From Candidatus Calescibacterium sp. (GTDB taxonomy: Bacteria > Calescibacteriota > Calescibacteriia > Calescibacteriales > Calescibacteriaceae): a stretch of DNA of 18,199 bases. A program made the position numbers and the translations under genes. The DNA lies in contig JAVVGL010000034.1 of assembly GCA_032249135.1 (NCBI GenBank), positions 1-18,199 of the forward strand, written 5' to 3'. Positions 7,777 through 16,457 of the stretch are shown piece by piece; the stretch's first letter is position 1, and each line of letters opens with the position of its first letter. The notes under the pieces are model-generated. The model did not search any database and was not told the DNA's origin. It saw nothing but the letters and a program-made list of their open reading frames with translations.

Positions 7777-8601
7777 ATGAAAAATAACACAATCGGAAAA
7801 ATAAAAAAATACTTTGTCGCTGTAGCTCACGGAAGCCCAGATAAGCTCAACGAGGAAGATTTCTCTCATCTATGCAAAGAAATAGAACAAAAGATAAAAG
7901 AAAATGATACAGAAACTACATTCATAAAATCTTATCTTGAATTCGGTCAGCCAAGATTTGATGATATAGTAGAAAAAATAATAAAAGAGAATCGGAAAGA
8001 AAACAATTCATTCTTTTTTATCAAACCTTTACTTTTTTTTAGAGCAGGTCATATGCAGAATGATATAGAAGCCAAACTAAAAGGTATGGAGAATGTGAGA
8101 ATCTCCGGCGTGCTCGCAGAATCTGAAAGATTTCAAAAATTTTTCTCCGATTTCATAAACAACTTTTTACAAAGCAAAACAAATCATAAAAGTAAATTAA
8201 GACTCAATTTAGAAAATCCACTCTTTATTTTTGTTGCAAGAGGTACATCTTCAAAAACCGGGGCATCACAAGCTTATTCATTCTGTCGCATAATATGGGA
8301 AAATCTTGGGAAGAAAGGACATATGGAAGTGTGCTTTGCTGATGTCACCAAACCAAGCTTAAAAGATGTAATAGATGTTTTAGATCTGAATAAATTTACA
8401 TCAATTGTAGTTATACCAGCAGTGCTATTCAGAGGTTTTGTTATGAAAAAAATAGGAAAGGAATTAGCTTCTTTACTAAAAGACAAAGAATTTCTTATCA
8501 AAACTTCAAATTCTGGGAATATACCGTATGTTATTTTGCCACCCTGCGGATATTATTCTGCTTCTCGTCTTGCTGATGTCCTTGCTGAATTTCCCGAATG
8601 A
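7777..8601 (+). CDS. cbiX: Sirohydrochlorin chelatase, two-domain CbiX/SirB type
   Basis: AHGS, YLEF..P, P..F.AGH..ND in domain 1. ARGTS, CFADVT.PS, P..LF.G in domain 2. Metal specificity cannot be determined from sequence. Confidence 0.75.
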   Translation: MKNNTIGKIKKYFVAVAHGSPDKLNEEDFSHLCKEIEQKIKENDTETTFIKSYLEFGQPRFDDIVEKIIKENRKENNSFFFIKPLLFFRAGHMQNDIEAKLKGMENVRISGVLAESERFQKFFSDFINNFLQSKTNHKSKLRLNLENPLFIFVARGTSSKTGASQAYSFCRIIWENLGKKGHMEVCFADVTKPSLKDVIDVLDLNKFTSIVVIPAVLFRGFVMKKIGKELASLLKDKEFLIKTSNSGNIPYVILPPCGYYSASRLADVLAEFPE

Positions 8602-10027
8602 AATCCATGCTTTCAAAACCAGATATAATCAAAGCTTTTTCAATCAACTCTCTACCATCATCAAAGTTTCTCTGTTCTATAAGCTTTATACCTTTTCTAA
8701 AATAATCAGAAGCGGATTTTATATCTGAAATGGACTTTGCTACACCAAACAAAAAACCCAAAATAAATCCAGTTGCAACAGAAATCTTATAAATCTTTCT
8801 TCTAAAAAAAACTCCTCTCTTATTTGTTCTCCCATATTTTTTAGTTTTGTTCCTTACATAACTTTTCTTATCTTCGGCAACTCCATGACTTCCCCCATTT
8901 TCCTCATCATTAGCTAACCCTATTTCTTTAAAAGAAGAACTAATTTTAGGAGAAGGACTACCGCTTTCATTTTTTTCCTTCCTTCTTTTGCTGATCAAAC
9001 TTTCATTTGACCTTAATTTTTCCTTTGTGTTCTCTATTATATCTGAAACCTTTTGAAATTGCAAACTATCTCTCTCATTCAGAGCTCCTGAAAAATTTTG
9101 ATTTTGACTTATAAAAGAAATTATTCTTTTTTCCTCATCCTCTATTTCACGATTTTCTTCATCAATTCTTTTTGAAAAGAACGAGCATACAAAGTTAGAA
9201 AAATCTTTCTGATATAGTTGCCGAACGTTCAAATCAACTGCAATTTTTTTCATTTCATCTAACATTCTATCAGCAGACGAAAATCTTGAAAATTCATTAC
9301 GAGACAAAGCTCTCAAAACTATATCATCCAGAGGTTCCGGAACTGTCGGATTTATAGAAGATGGTGGAGGTATCTTACCTTTTAATATTTTTTCTTTCAA
9401 TTTTTCAGGTTTGTCTTTTGGGAAAAGCTTCTGTCCGGTGAGCATCTCCCAAAAAACCACACCTATACTCCATATATCTCCTTGCTGAGTCCATCCCTTA
9501 CCAAGTATAACTTCTGGTGGCACATAACTTATTTTACCGAAGGGATCTATTTCAGAGTTTTGAGGCAAAGTTATACCAAAATCAGATAGCTTTACTCCAC
9601 CGCTCCAAGAAATAAGTATATTTTTAGGATTCACATCTCTGTGAACAAGACCTCTTCCTTCAAATCTGTGTATGTAAGATACAGCTGTAAGGAGTTTTTC
9701 AGCTATGTAAAAGAATACATCAAGTGGTATCTCTCCAACGGTTTCTATTAGCTCTTTAAGATTTATACCCCTTATATATTCCATTTCAATAAAGAACTCC
9801 CCTGATATTTTTCCAAAGTTTGTTGTTTTAACTATGTTTTCGTCATCAAATCTGGCAGATATTTTTGCCTCGTTTATAAAAAGGTCGGTATTGTGTGTTG
9901 ATTTGAGAGTTTTGATAGCAACAAGTTTTCTGAAACCGGCATCAGAAATTTTCCACGCACGATAAACTCTTCCCATTCCACCCTCTCCAATTTCTTTTGT
10001 GATTATATAATCTCCAAATACCCTCAT
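8531..10027 (-). CDS. Hanks-type Ser/Thr protein kinase with a C-terminal TM helix and short TPR-like tail
   Basis: GEGGMGRV, VAIK, HRDVNPKN, DFG, GK.SY.PPE and DIWSIG motifs. TM segment ISVATGFILGFLFGVA. Start placed at ATG 10027 (MRVFGDY) rather than TTG 10063. Confidence 0.92.
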   Translation of the reverse strand: MRVFGDYIITKEIGEGGMGRVYRAWKISDAGFRKLVAIKTLKSTHNTDLFINEAKISARFDDENIVKTTNFGKISGEFFIEMEYIRGINLKELIETVGEIPLDVFFYIAEKLLTAVSYIHRFEGRGLVHRDVNPKNILISWSGGVKLSDFGITLPQNSEIDPFGKISYVPPEVILGKGWTQQGDIWSIGVVFWEMLTGQKLFPKDKPEKLKEKILKGKIPPPSSINPTVPEPLDDIVLRALSRNEFSRFSSADRMLDEMKKIAVDLNVRQLYQKDFSNFVCSFFSKRIDEENREIEDEEKRIISFISQNQNFSGALNERDSLQFQKVSDIIENTKEKLRSNESLISKRRKEKNESGSPSPKISSSFKEIGLANDEENGGSHGVAEDKKSYVRNKTKKYGRTNKRGVFFRRKIYKISVATGFILGFLFGVAKSISDIKSASDYFRKGIKLIEQRNFDDGRELIEKALIISGFESMDFIREIQQGHQQDEKQNNIRRVAK

Positions 10028-10211
10028 TTTCTCAAAGATTAAACCAAAAATCAAAAAAGACAAATTAAAACAGCAACAATTTATATTTTACAAATTGATT
10101 TGAACTTCTCCTGAACTTTAAACACAAAAATGCGGATTGAACTCTAAAAAATTTAGCAAAAATGACAGCAAATCTGAAAAACTTTGAAGGCAAAATTAAA
10201 AAAGAAAAAGT

Positions 10212-10718
10212 ATGAGTTTGTTAAGTTTATTGCTAATTCCCTTGTTTTTATCGTCTGCAAAGGTTGATGTGTTTTTTTCAGCAACAGATGGCTGCGAAGA
10301 CAAAGTAATAAAATCAATAAACTCTGCACAAAAAAGTATAAAAATAGCAATTTATCATCTCACATCAAGAGAGATAACGAAAGCTCTTATTGATGCAAAA
10401 AAAAGAGGAGTAGATGTAAAAATTATAGCAGATGGTGAACAAGCAAAAGATAAATTTTCAAAAGTATTAGTTCTTGCAAAAGAAGGTATAGATGTGAAAA
10501 TCACAGATTACTCAGCACGAAAGAAGAGATTTCTTACGCCAAAAATGCATCACAAATTCATGATAGTAGATAGTAAGTATGTCATGACAGGATCTTTTAA
10601 CTTCACCGCATCGGCAGAAGAATTAAATGACGAAAACTGCGTTTTTATATATGATTCAACGGAAGTAGTGGAGAAATTTGAAAAAGAATTTGAACGCCTA
10701 TGGAAAATATCACAATAA
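10212..10718 (+). CDS. Secreted phospholipase D-family (Nuc-like) nuclease/phosphodiesterase with a single HKD motif
   Basis: Signal-peptide-like N-terminus, MHHKFMIVD (HxKxxxxD), TGSFNFT and N.EN. Confidence 0.9.
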   Translation: MSLLSLLLIPLFLSSAKVDVFFSATDGCEDKVIKSINSAQKSIKIAIYHLTSREITKALIDAKKRGVDVKIIADGEQAKDKFSKVLVLAKEGIDVKITDYSARKKRFLTPKMHHKFMIVDSKYVMTGSFNFTASAEELNDENCVFIYDSTEVVEKFEKEFERLWKISQ

Positions 10719-10735
10719 TGAAAAATATCACAATA
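10700..10735 (+). repeat. 18-bp tandem duplication at the 3' end of the PLD gene
   Basis: atggaaaatatcacaata (10700-10717) and atgaaaaatatcacaata (10718-10735), 1 mismatch. Confidence 0.85.
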
Positions 10736-10743
10736 TAAATCTA

Positions 10744-12327
10744 TCACACAGGATAAACTCCATGTTTTCTCCTCATTCTGAGGACTTGTTTTCTTTCTGA
10801 AAGTTCAAGAGCCCAGTAAAGAACTCTTCTTGTCTCACGCGGGTCTATAACATCATCTATAAAGCCCCAACCTGCTGGTTTCTTTATATCAATATAAGGT
10901 CTTATGGCTTCTGCCATTTGTTCAGCAAATTCTCTCGCCTCTTTTGGTGACATACCCTCAAGCTGTTTTTTAGCAAATATTGAAACCATACCTTCAGGTC
11001 CCATAACAGATATTTCTCCGGTAGGCCATGCTACAATAATATCTGGATCAAAGGATTTACCGCACATAGCATAATATCCCGCCCCATAAGCTTTTCTTAT
11101 AATTACTGTAAATTTAGGAACAGAAGCTTCTGCAACGGCATGAATCATCTTTGCTCCGTGTCTTATAAGTCCGTCTTTTTCTGTTTTAGATGATACCATA
11201 AAACCCGGAACATCTGCGAGGAAAACCAGAGGTATATTGAAAGCGTCGCAAAGCCATATAAACCTTGCAGCCTTGTCAGATGCATTAACATCAAGAACTC
11301 CTCCATAAAACATAGGATTGTTTGCGATAATACCGACTGGATACCCCCCTATCCTTCCGAAGCCAACTATTATGTTTCTCGCCCATTTTGGTTTGAGTTC
11401 AAAAAATTCCCCATCATCTACGATGAACTTTATTATTTTGTGCATATCATAAGCTTGCTTTGGATTATCTGGTAAGACATCCAAAATCTCGTCAGAAATC
11501 AGAGCAGTTGGATCTCCCTCGTATTTTTTTCTTGGAGGTTTTTCCTCATTTGAAGATGGCATATAAGAAAGATAATCCTTTATTCCTTTGATACAAGAAA
11601 CATCATCAGGGAATTCATTATCTGCACAACCTGAGATTTCCGTGTGAATTTTTGATCCACCAAGATTTTCCTCGTCTATATCTTCACCTGTGACCATTTT
11701 TACAAGGGATGGACCACCGAGAGCCATAGAGCTAGTTCCCTTTACCATAAAGACAACATCGGCAAGTCCAGGTATATAAGCTGTTCCAGCATAACCTGGT
11801 CCCATCTGGGCGCATACAAGAGGAATAACCCCTGACATCAAAGATTCTTCTTTAAATAGCCAACCAGAATTTGCAAAAAATGCTATTGCTTCTCCTGCAA
11901 TACCACCACCTATTGTTGAGGCAGTTTGAGCAGAAATTCTCGCTCCTCCCGAATCTATCATCCAAACGAGAGGTATTTTAAACCTCAGACAAAGTTCCCT
12001 TATTCTTGTGCATTTTATCTCATTCACAAATCCCATGGAACCACCCTTTACTGTGAAATCGTATGAAATACAACCGACCCATCTTCCGTCTATTTTTCCA
12101 AAACCTGTTACAACTCCATCTGCTGGCGTTCTTTCCGGGCCGGGTTCAGTTCCTAAAATTCCAATTTCAAAAAAGGTATCTTTATCAAATAGCAAATCAA
12201 TTCTTTCTCTTGCTGTAAGTTTTCCTCGTTCGTGCTGTTTTTTTACTTTTTCCGGACCGCCCATTTTTTTTACTTCTGCTCTGATTCTGTGAAGTTCCTC
12301 AACGAGTTCTCTCATTTTCTGTCCCAT
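10744..12327 (-). CDS. Acyl-CoA carboxylase carboxyltransferase (beta) subunit, PccB/AccD-like
   Basis: GG....KQH.RGKLTARERI, DGVVTG.G.IDGR, DFTV.GGS, DSGGAR, FLADVPGFMV, RHGAKM and RKAYGAGY.AM motifs. SD GGAGGTG upstream. Confidence 0.95.
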   Translation of the reverse strand: MGQKMRELVEELHRIRAEVKKMGGPEKVKKQHERGKLTARERIDLLFDKDTFFEIGILGTEPGPERTPADGVVTGFGKIDGRWVGCISYDFTVKGGSMGFVNEIKCTRIRELCLRFKIPLVWMIDSGGARISAQTASTIGGGIAGEAIAFFANSGWLFKEESLMSGVIPLVCAQMGPGYAGTAYIPGLADVVFMVKGTSSMALGGPSLVKMVTGEDIDEENLGGSKIHTEISGCADNEFPDDVSCIKGIKDYLSYMPSSNEEKPPRKKYEGDPTALISDEILDVLPDNPKQAYDMHKIIKFIVDDGEFFELKPKWARNIIVGFGRIGGYPVGIIANNPMFYGGVLDVNASDKAARFIWLCDAFNIPLVFLADVPGFMVSSKTEKDGLIRHGAKMIHAVAEASVPKFTVIIRKAYGAGYYAMCGKSFDPDIIVAWPTGEISVMGPEGMVSIFAKKQLEGMSPKEAREFAEQMAEAIRPYIDIKKPAGWGFIDDVIDPRETRRVLYWALELSERKQVLRMRRKHGVYPV

Positions 12328-12418
12328 ATTTTTTCACCTCCTATTTTGATAGAATAAAATTTTTTGGGGTACTTTAGTAAAAAACTGAAAAAATTTTTAA
12401 GTTAAAAGTTTAAAGTGA

Positions 12419-12450
12419 TACATTACAGTTTTATTTACATTACAGTTTTA
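12419..12450. repeat. 15-bp direct repeat upstream of the carboxyltransferase gene
   Basis: tacattacagtttta at 12419-12433 and 12436-12450. Confidence 0.85.
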
Positions 12451-12460
12451 CTGTTTGAAA

Positions 12461-12853
12461 TCATGTCTTTTTGAGAGGCTTTCTCATAACACAAGGTTCT
12501 GCGGGATAATGCCAGTATCTTATATTATCTTCTTCTAATGCTCTCCAGCACAAAAAAACCTCTTCCCCATCAACTTCTGCTGGGAAGTCAAGTGTTCCTC
12601 TATCTATATCCCTTAAAATCACACCAAAATTTTCAAGATTAGAAAAAAGGTTTTTCAATTCTTTCCTTACAGCTATTGTTCTATCAAGGACACCGTCTTT
12701 GTCATATGGATTTTCTCTGAAATTTAAAACAAGTTGAGTTGCATCAAGGAGGCATTTGGAATATTCTCTTGCTTTATCTCTTATATTTTTGATTACTGAT
12801 TTGAGCTGAGGTATAACTTCTTCCGCTTCTTCAATAGAGTATTTTTTTTTCAA
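12461..12853 (-). CDS. DUF2203 family protein
   Basis: YSIEEA...IP N-terminus and the G..LRDID.G.LDFP...GEEVFLCW...E..I.YWH signature. TTG start. Confidence 0.85.
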   Translation of the reverse strand: MKKKYSIEEAEEVIPQLKSVIKNIRDKAREYSKCLLDATQLVLNFRENPYDKDGVLDRTIAVRKELKNLFSNLENFGVILRDIDRGTLDFPAEVDGEEVFLCWRALEEDNIRYWHYPAEPCVMRKPLKKT

Positions 12854-12863
12854 ATGTCAAAAG

Positions 12864-12935
12864 TGGCGACGGTGGGATTCGAACCCACGACACAGGGCTT
12901 ATGAGACCCCTGCTCTACCCCTGAGCTACGTCGCC
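12864..12935 (-). tRNA. tRNA-Met(CAT), probably elongator; CCA not encoded
   Basis: GGCGACG TA GCTC AGGGGTA GAGC A GGGGT CTCATAA GCCCT GTGTC GTGGG TTCGAAT CCCAC CGTCGCC A folds into a full cloverleaf. G1-C72 is paired, so it is not an initiator. The acceptor stem resembles elongator Met rather than Ile2 (not certain). Confidence 0.93.
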
Positions 12936-13005
12936 CCTTAAAAACTAAATTTAATGATAAAATACAAAATAAAAAAATTACTACAAATCTTTCCTCCGAC
13001 AAATC

Positions 13006-14463
13006 TCATAAATCTTTGACTTTTTCAGCCCAAATCACCTTTCCTATACCTTCTCCGCCAAAAAGGCTCTGAGGAAACAAAAAAGAGACAAAGTCAGCAA
13101 TCAACGGAATGAACGCTGGGAGAATATTTTTTCTACCACCTGCCTTAAGATAAATATTAGAAATACGCCAGAGAGGTTTCAAAGGTTTACCAAAATACAT
13201 TTGATTTTTTATCTCAAATCCAGTGCTTTTAATTTTCTCTTCGGCTTCTCCATCCTCATATCTTCTTTTGTATCCCAAACTCAAATCAAGTTTTCCAAAC
13301 AAGCTTTTATCTTGGGGAACATAAATTATTGCTCTTCCACCGCAAGGCAAAATTTTGTTTATCTTTTCAAGTGCTTTTCTGTCATCATCTACTTTTGGTA
13401 GAGTATCTAATGCAACACATGTATCTAAAAAATACTCCGAATTTAAAAAATACTCTGGATTTTTATTCCCTTTGAGAGCGTCAAGCAAAATTTTTGAGTC
13501 ATCTACAATAATATCAAATTTTGTTATAATGAGCCTACGAGTCTGGTAGAACTTTGATTTCAAAATCCTCAAATTTCTTTCTGATGGGTCTGACAAAATT
13601 AGAAATTCTCTTCCGAGTAAAAATCTGCTTATCTTTCCCTCACCAGAATTAAGTTCTAAAACTTTATTTCCTAAAAAATCTTTTATACAAAAATTGAAAA
13701 AAACCTTTGCGATATTTACTGAATTTCCCAAAAGGAAAGTGAAATTTAATTTTTTTTCTCTTTTCAGGTACTCCTTGAATATCCAATATAAATATTCAAA
13801 CCCATGTTTCCAGCCTATTTTTTTACCAGCCTCATATGTTCTACCTTGATATTTTATTGGGACCTCATATATTCTGAAACCTTTCTGAATAACTTTTGAT
13901 GTAAATTCCATTTCAAAAGAAAAATCGTTTGCTCGAATTTCTCCTATTTCTTCAAGAACTTCTCTTCTGAAAACTTTGTATCCCGTAGCAGTATCTGTCA
14001 GAGTAGTTCCGTAAAGGAAATTTATAAGAAAAGAAAAAGTGAGATTTGCTATGTAGTTTGTAAAGTAAATTGCTCTTCTTGATTCCAAAAATCTTGAACC
14101 GAAGACAACATCCGCTTTATCTTCTATTATTGGTTGTAAAAGTTTTGGATATTCAGAGGGGTCATATTCAAGGTCGGCATCTTGAATTATTATTATATCG
14201 CCCCTCACATGTTTTAGACCTGTTCTTATGGCTGCTCCTTTTCCCAAGTTTTTTTCATGTCTTAAAATCAATATTTCATTTTTTTCGTCACCTTTTATAT
14301 TTTTGAGAATACTTGGAGTTGCATCAGATGATCCGTCATCAACAACTATTATTTGCTTGAAAAATGGCTGTTTTTTAACCGCTTCAATAACATCCTCTAT
14401 TGTAGAGCCTTCATTGTAACATGGAATGATAACAGAAATCAAAAGATTTTGTCCAAACTTCAT
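13006..14463 (-). CDS. Glycosyltransferase family 2 (DPM-synthase-like) fused to a class I SAM-methyltransferase-like domain
   Basis: SVIIPCYNE, VVDDGSSD, NLGKGAA, IQDADLEYDP, GSRF and Y.GR....GKKI in the GT2 part. C-terminal VLELNSGEG...DD..AL....L..GG....VP...D...G..RRY. Start ATG 14463 lies downstream of SD AAGGAG. Confidence 0.88.
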   Translation of the reverse strand: MKFGQNLLISVIIPCYNEGSTIEDVIEAVKKQPFFKQIIVVDDGSSDATPSILKNIKGDEKNEILILRHEKNLGKGAAIRTGLKHVRGDIIIIQDADLEYDPSEYPKLLQPIIEDKADVVFGSRFLESRRAIYFTNYIANLTFSFLINFLYGTTLTDTATGYKVFRREVLEEIGEIRANDFSFEMEFTSKVIQKGFRIYEVPIKYQGRTYEAGKKIGWKHGFEYLYWIFKEYLKREKKLNFTFLLGNSVNIAKVFFNFCIKDFLGNKVLELNSGEGKISRFLLGREFLILSDPSERNLRILKSKFYQTRRLIITKFDIIVDDSKILLDALKGNKNPEYFLNSEYFLDTCVALDTLPKVDDDRKALEKINKILPCGGRAIIYVPQDKSLFGKLDLSLGYKRRYEDGEAEEKIKSTGFEIKNQMYFGKPLKPLWRISNIYLKAGGRKNILPAFIPLIADFVSFLFPQSLFGGEGIGKVIWAEKVKDL

Positions 14464-14569
14464 TTCATATCTTCTCCTTTGCAAAATTATAGCATTTCCA
14501 AAACTTTTACAAAAAAACTATAAATTTAGTATGCGTAGGAGGAGTTTATAAATTTTCTTCCGAAAAAAT

Positions 14570-14926
14570 ATGGAGATAACATATATTGAAGGGAGAGTAA
14601 TAGGTCCAAAGGGCGAAGAACGAGTAAATTTTTTGATTGATAGCGGAGCAAAATATTCACTCTTGCCGGAGGATGTGTGGAAAAAGATAGGTCTTACTCC
14701 AAAGCGTGAACATAATTTCATTTTAGCAGATGGTCGGACCATAAAAAGGAAAGTTTCTGAGTGTTATATTATCCTTCCGCAAGGAGAGGCTCATACCCCT
14801 GTGATTTTAGGTGAAGGAGATGATATCGCTCTTTTGGGTGTTGTGACATTAGAGATTTTAGGACTTGTCTTCAATCCTTTCAATCGCACGCTTGAACCTA
14901 TGCGTACGCTTCTTTTGTGGAGATAA
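14570..14926 (+). CDS. Clan AA (retropepsin-like) aspartyl protease
   Basis: 118 aa. FLIDSGA catalytic motif, LADG flap and LLG...LE.LGL..NP C-terminal motif. Confidence 0.88.
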   Translation: MEITYIEGRVIGPKGEERVNFLIDSGAKYSLLPEDVWKKIGLTPKREHNFILADGRTIKRKVSECYIILPQGEAHTPVILGEGDDIALLGVVTLEILGLVFNPFNRTLEPMRTLLLWR

Positions 14927-14969
14927 AAATAAAAGGTAGAGAAATTTTAAATTTTTAGTATTTGGTTGG

Positions 14970-15290
14970 ATGATGGGAGAAAAAAAACAAATCAGAGAAG
15001 ACAAAATCAGGCTTTCTCCTGAGGAAATTGAATCTATAAAGAGAGCAATAAAAAAGTATGATCAAGATGCTAAGATAATTTTATTTGGCAGTCGCACCAA
15101 TCCCGAAGGGAAAGGAGGAGACATTGATCTTATAGTGATTTCCAAGAAAATAGACGATAATGCAAGAAGAATGATTAGAGTAGAGTTGATTCTGACTTTG
15201 GGTGAAAGAAAAATTGACCTTATTGTAACTGATAATCCATCCGAAAACTTATTTACTAAAATAATGGCAGAAACTGGAGTTGAAATTTGA
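14970..15290 (+). CDS. Minimal nucleotidyltransferase (MNT/MntA-like antitoxin)
   Basis: LFGSR......GGDIDL motif plus KIDL third Asp; about 106 aa. Confidence 0.9.
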   Translation: MMGEKKQIREDKIRLSPEEIESIKRAIKKYDQDAKIILFGSRTNPEGKGGDIDLIVISKKIDDNARRMIRVELILTLGERKIDLIVTDNPSENLFTKIMAETGVEI

Positions 15291-15752
15291 GTGCGTAGAG
15301 AAGAATCAATAATTTTATTCTGTGAGAATGTAAAGAAATTGATAAGAAACAAGGAATGGTTAGAAAAATCTTATCATAAATCCCTCAGGATAGATTTAGA
15401 TAATCTTAGGGAGGAAGACTATGAGGTGTTAGAAACTCTGTGCAATAGATTTGGCAGAACGGTCGATATGCTAATAAATAAAATTCTGAGAGGATTAGAT
15501 TTGATTGAACTTGAAGATGTATCAAGAAAGCTTGACATAGTTATAAGAGCAGAAAAGAGAGGATTCGTTGATGATTATAGAATTCTTGTAGCACTGAAAG
15601 ACTTAAGAAATGAACTCGTCCATGAATATATAGAGGAAAACTTGGTCAAAAAGTATAAAGAAGTAATTATGAGAGTTCCTCAACTTTTAGATATTGTCAA
15701 CAAAGTAATAAAATATATAGAAGAGAAAAACTACTGTAAGGACCCCATTTAA
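15291..15752 (+). CDS. HEPN-domain RNase toxin (HepT-like), partner of the MNT
   Basis: The GTG start directly abuts the MNT stop. Helical protein with RNELVHEY (Rx4HxY). Confidence 0.85.
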   Translation: MRREESIILFCENVKKLIRNKEWLEKSYHKSLRIDLDNLREEDYEVLETLCNRFGRTVDMLINKILRGLDLIELEDVSRKLDIVIRAEKRGFVDDYRILVALKDLRNELVHEYIEENLVKKYKEVIMRVPQLLDIVNKVIKYIEEKNYCKDPI

Positions 15753-15801
15753 AATTCAATTCTTAATATTAAATTTGGAGATCAAGTTTAAATTTATGAT
15801 T

Positions 15802-16026
15802 ATGCGTGAGGAGAAGAAATTGGAGGAGATTATCAAGGAATTGCCAGAAGATTTGAGAAAAGAGCTTGAAGATTTCGCTCAATTTTTGTGGGAAAAGAAT
15901 AAGAAAAGAAAACTCAGGAGAAAGCCAAAATTTGATTGGGCTGGTTCCCTTTCTGATTTGGCTAATGATTTCTCATCGGTTGAATTGCAACATAAAATAT
16001 CAGATTGGCGAATCGGCAAAAAATGA
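15802..16026 (+). CDS. DUF2281-family antitoxin
   Basis: LPE.L..E..DF..FL...KF.WAG.L......SVELQH.I..W. Start set at ATG 15802 because the duplicate at 16537 conserves this ATG but not the upstream TTG. Confidence 0.85.
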   Translation: MREEKKLEEIIKELPEDLRKELEDFAQFLWEKNKKRKLRRKPKFDWAGSLSDLANDFSSVELQHKISDWRIGKK

Positions 16027-16439
16027 GGGTTCTGATAGATACTAACATCATACTGGAAATTATTTTGAATAGGGAAAAATCTGATGAAGCAAAAAAATTA
16101 TTAGAAAACTCAGAAAAGTTTGAATTCTTTCTTTCTGATTTCTCACTCCATTCAATAGGAATTTTGTTTTTTCAGGCAAAGAAACATCATATTTTTTATC
16201 AATTCCTAAAAGATATGATTTTTAACGAAATATTGCATGTAGTCTCACTATCTTACGAAGATATGGGAAATGTTATAGAAGTATCTACGCGCTTTAATCT
16301 TGATTTTGACGATGCATACCAATATGTGGTTGCAGAAAAATATAGTCTGACAATAATAAGCTTTGACTCAGATTTTGATAGAACAGAACTTGGAAGAAAA
16401 ACCCCGAGAGAAGTTTTAGAACAATTCAATTTAGTTTAA
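16023..16439 (+). CDS. PIN-domain (VapC-like) RNase toxin
   Basis: LIDTNIILE, LDFDDAYQY and SFDSDFD acidic motifs. ATGA overlap with the antitoxin stop (16023-16026). Confidence 0.92.
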   Translation: MRVLIDTNIILEIILNREKSDEAKKLLENSEKFEFFLSDFSLHSIGILFFQAKKHHIFYQFLKDMIFNEILHVVSLSYEDMGNVIEVSTRFNLDFDDAYQYVVAEKYSLTIISFDSDFDRTELGRKTPREVLEQFNLV

Positions 16440-16457
16440 TAAAGTTTATCAGAGAAA

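Noticed and set aside
10212..10718. PLD nuclease as part of a defence system (DISARM DrmC or a restriction system)
   Set aside because: It has a signal-peptide-like N-terminus, and no helicase, methylase or other defence partner is adjacent.
12864..12935. tRNA as an integration (att) site for the TA patch
   Set aside because: No duplicate of the tRNA 3' end and no integrase were seen. The patch lies on the 5' side, beyond the GT2 gene.
14460..14468. Mini-ORF ATG AAA TGA overlapping the GT2 start on the minus strand
   Set aside because: The SD spacing suits either ATG, and two-codon ORFs arise easily by chance. No further evidence.
14521..14551. taaatttagtatgcgtaggaggag resembling the DUF2281 5' end, or an SD for the protease
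   Set aside because: The similarity is too short to call, and AGGAGG is about 26 nt from ATG 14570, too far for an SD.
171..15352. Other short ORFs in the track lying opposite established genes (e.g. 634-849, 4425-4694, 7535-7792, 12008-12292, 15062-15352)
   Set aside because: Phe/Ser/Leu-rich antisense artefacts of Lys/Glu-rich coding strands.
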